Positions 61,001 to 64,000 of a stretch of DNA of 64,000 bases are shown here, piece by piece. Numbering within the stretch: position 1 is the first letter of the stretch; every line of letters starts with the position of its first letter. A program made the position numbers and the translations under genes. The notes under the pieces were generated by a model. It was given only the letters and a program-made list of their open reading frames with translations. It was not told where the DNA came from and did no database searches. The stretch spans positions 2,046,001 to 2,110,000 of the forward strand of contig OZ287069.1 of assembly GCA_965645245.1 (NCBI GenBank), read 5' to 3'. This DNA is from Massalongia carnosa. Taxonomy: Eukaryota.

Positions 61001-62627
61001 CGCACCTGTAAGACTTGTGGTCTTAGCCTGAGCCACAACATGAAAGTTCGTGGGGTTAGCTTACTTTCAAGAATGCCTTGAGGCTTCACCGAAGCCCAAA
61101 ATTCTAATCAGCACCCTTGAACCTTTGGCTCTAATGATATAGGCAACGAGCCGCAAGTTTCGGATCACGCTTGACCTGAAGGCTTTCAATGGGATTCGCT
61201 CTTCACTGGGACCGCCACTGTGTCGTGTACGAGTACCTCGTCGAGGTTGAAATTTCGTTTGACATTATTACCTTTGGGCGATGTTTAGGATTGCCGCCAG
61301 AATACTCGCTTTAGACCAATATGCTCTAGTTGTAAACTGCTTTCTTAGCGATGTCTTGTTGCTGAATGCTAATCTCGAACATAGTCCAGCGAAGGAGTAC
61401 AAATCATTTTGGAAAGACGCGGAGCTAATATGTTCTAAATCTATCGCTATATTGTTGATGCATCTAATTTCTAGTCCACGACCCTGAGTAAGAAATGAAT
61501 ATGTGCAAGATACGTCACTATTTCCTTGGATCTCGTATCTATAGATCTCATCTCCCGCTTTTCGATCAGATACCACAACGATCGAACTTTCGATAGAGTT
61601 CAGTTTCCACGATCGGAGGAACAGAACATGTTCACTGGGACTGAATATAGACGAGTTAAGTTTTTGGCATGCCGGGAACTGTATAGGAATAAGAAATACT
61701 CATCCCTTCTTCAACCTGCCGCAAAGGCAAGACATAGGTGGCTTGAAGGTACTCTAGAATATTTAGAATATTGCGGAGATTATTCACAGCGAACCCAACC
61801 CTAGGCGCCGAGTACCATACTTTGCCGAAAGAATGCGAGAAGACAGAAAGATCCCTAATAACGATGCCAGAAGGATAGCGAGGTTTAAACCAAACCTCCT
61901 GATAACACCATTATGGGCCCGGACTCGCCTTGCATACTCCGTACTCTAGCATAGCCAACAAACTCCAAGATAGAGAATCTCGGGAAGAGTCTGCCCATGA
62001 ATCTTCAATACAAGTGTACCTAAGGTATCTTATGTGCCCATCTATGTATCAGGACACTCCATCAAAGTGGGCCATTTCTTGGTCATTCTTTTCGTCAGAT
62101 ATTGTCATGATTTGCACGAACACCATTTACACTGGGCTTGACAGCAAAACATCAGCAACTTTCATTTTGAGAGCCCTGAGATGCCCGTCTATCTTCACTC
62201 CTGACAAGTTATTTCATCCTCCGCTACCGCAGTATGCCTTTGCTTCTCAAATTAAAGCCCGTACCAACTCCCCGACTTGGCTCAAAATTACAATTTTTCT
62301 TGGTTGTTTCGTCTAGTCTTCAGCATCGCGGCTTCATGATAAATTATGAACTCGTGTCATTGTTTTGACGTGCCAATCAAATAATATCCATTTCCAAGCA
62401 ACATCCATCACGGTTTGATACTCCTGTTTTCTTCTTGTAAATAATATCACACTTGACTTTCTCATCTTTATGCTTATCTCATCCACCCGACAGTGCTTTC
62501 TAACGGTCGGGCGAGTATTATCTAAACCCTACCTCGTTGGCATTTACCGATGGGATTTCGTGTATAAACGCTTCTCAAAACTCCTGGGGTTGTGTGTACT
62601 ACCAATGTATACAATCAGTTTGACTCC

Positions 62628-62656
62628 AAAATGCTGTAAAATGCTGTAAAATGCTG
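62628..62656 (+). repeat. 10-bp tandem repeat
   Basis: AAAATGCTGT, about 2.9 copies. Confidence 0.8.
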
Positions 62657-63024
62657 CCCACTGTATTGTTGGTTCCCGGTTCAGCTTCTTCGTAACTTAT
62701 TTAAGCAGTGTGGTTGGTAGGGAATGGTGGTTGTTCGATCGAGCTGAGGTTGGTTGTAATAGGTCCCAAAATTGATTCTTATGGCTTCTTGAATATGGAT
62801 TGGAGTAAGATAGATCCCTCCGAGGTAGCGCAAATCGATTCCCAGGCAATGTGTGGAGCTGGATGTTTTCGGTTGCCCAACTGCTTGCCCAAGCCATAAT
62901 AACTCGTAACCTCAGGATCACTCTGTAATAGAGGACGGAGTTTTACAAGCTTTGGAAAAACAGGTAGGTGGCCGGAATTCGTAAGTGTCATCTCGTCGCC
63001 TCCACATCATCCAACCCACTCTCC

Positions 63025-63718
63025 TTATACAAAGCCAATCTCCTCTCCCACAACCTCCCACACTCTATTCTCCTCATCCTCTCCTTCCACCTCTCCCTTT
63101 CGCCCTTCCCCTAATCTCGTAACCTCCTCTCCGCTACTAACCCCCTCCAAAACCTCCCTCACCCGTTCTCCCATCTCCTGCCAACCACGCACCTCCTCCC
63201 TCCCCCGTGCTACCTGCGCCTCCATCATCGCGATAAGTGTCTCCCGTGCCTGGTGCGGCCGATACTCATTCACGACCGCGTGCGCCTCGGTAAAGAGTGC
63301 ACGTAGCTGGTCCCATAACGGAGCATACGCTGCTGGATTAGTGGCCAGGGCGTGCGTGAGGGAGAGGAAAGTGAGAAGGAGCGAGTGCGTGATTTTTAAG
63401 AGGCGCTGGGGAGTCGGTGGACTGGTTTGCGGGGGGGTGGGGGTAACCTGCACCGGTGGCGTCAGCATTTCGAGAGGGGGTAACGGGACGAGAACAGGGC
63501 AGACGGACATCATGCTGGGTGCCGAACGAGCGGTATTTTCCATCTGGGGGTGGTGGGGGTGGAACAAAGTGGCGGAGTTCTGGCGGGGGGTTCCATGGTG
63601 GGGTTGTGGAGGGGGGTTCTCGGTAGGCGGCAATATTCGCGGGCGTAAATGATTTGTAGAAGGGTGGTGGGGCGGGGAAGGCGGCGCTGATTGCGGCCGA
63701 GGGGATGGGAGCTGCCAT
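63025..63718 (-). CDS. MED7: Mediator complex subunit 7, 2 exons
   Basis: ISAAFPAPPPFYKSFT...PPPPPDGKYRSFG, LLKITHSLLLTFLSL and AHAVVNEYRPHQARETLIAMMEAQ. Confidence 0.9.
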
Positions 63719-64000
63719 TTATGTTCTTCTGGTTTATTTTAGGGAAAAGGGAAGATGGGTTTGGAAAGGGAGGAGTATCGAGATCGTTTAGCCCTAGTGA
63801 TAGGATGACTTCAGCTAATGCACGTCGAAGGGCGGAAAACCGACTTCATTAAGCTTATTGATTTGTGATTCCTCCATTAAGCTGACTCATGAATTTAGCC
63901 TTGTTAGCGCTTCATCAATTCTCCCTCCGTCAGCATTTCACTTTGTCTTAGCAATACTTTTCCCCTGAAACGGGGTCTGCTGATCTTCGCGAAGAAGGCG

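Noticed and set aside
1..64000. tRNA/rRNA genes or a secondary-metabolite cluster
   Set aside because: No cloverleaf or rRNA-like sequence and no PKS, NRPS or terpene synthase was seen by eye; the genes are unrelated housekeeping functions.

Overview
Gene-dense genomic DNA from a filamentous ascomycete (short GT-AG introns with CTRAC/CTAAY branch sites; Pezizomycotina-like proteins). It holds 16 intron-containing or single-exon genes, mostly housekeeping: IND1/Mrp-NBP35 ATPase (5'-partial), importin KAP123, NCR1/NPC1, a DUF2433-like phosphoesterase-RRM-RGG protein, RSC9, a probable REC114, BCKDH E1-alpha, COQ5, TRM7, MAK5, a CWC16/Yju2-family splicing factor, RAD4/XPC, an orphan SQ/TQ-rich protein, BFR2, an 89-aa amphipathic membrane protein, a copper-fist transcription factor and MED7. 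An accessory stretch at about 12.8-27.9 kb carries four mobile elements. One is an intact Fot1/pogo DD35D transposon with perfect 82-bp TIRs, inserted 289 bp upstream of NCR1. The second is a decayed, internally deleted Academ(H)-like transposon (DUF6589-like transposase convergent with a RecQ-like helicase, short TIRs, 8-bp TSD). Nested inside it are a Tc1-type DD34E element and a 374-bp solo LTR. A C/D-box snoRNA (snR71/U29-like guide) lies in a KAP123 intron. There are also ankyrin and protein-kinase relics, an over-represented TACTCCGTA motif identical to the Tc1 terminus, and repeated C-rich to G-rich skew flips. All family calls come from motif recognition by eye, not database searches.
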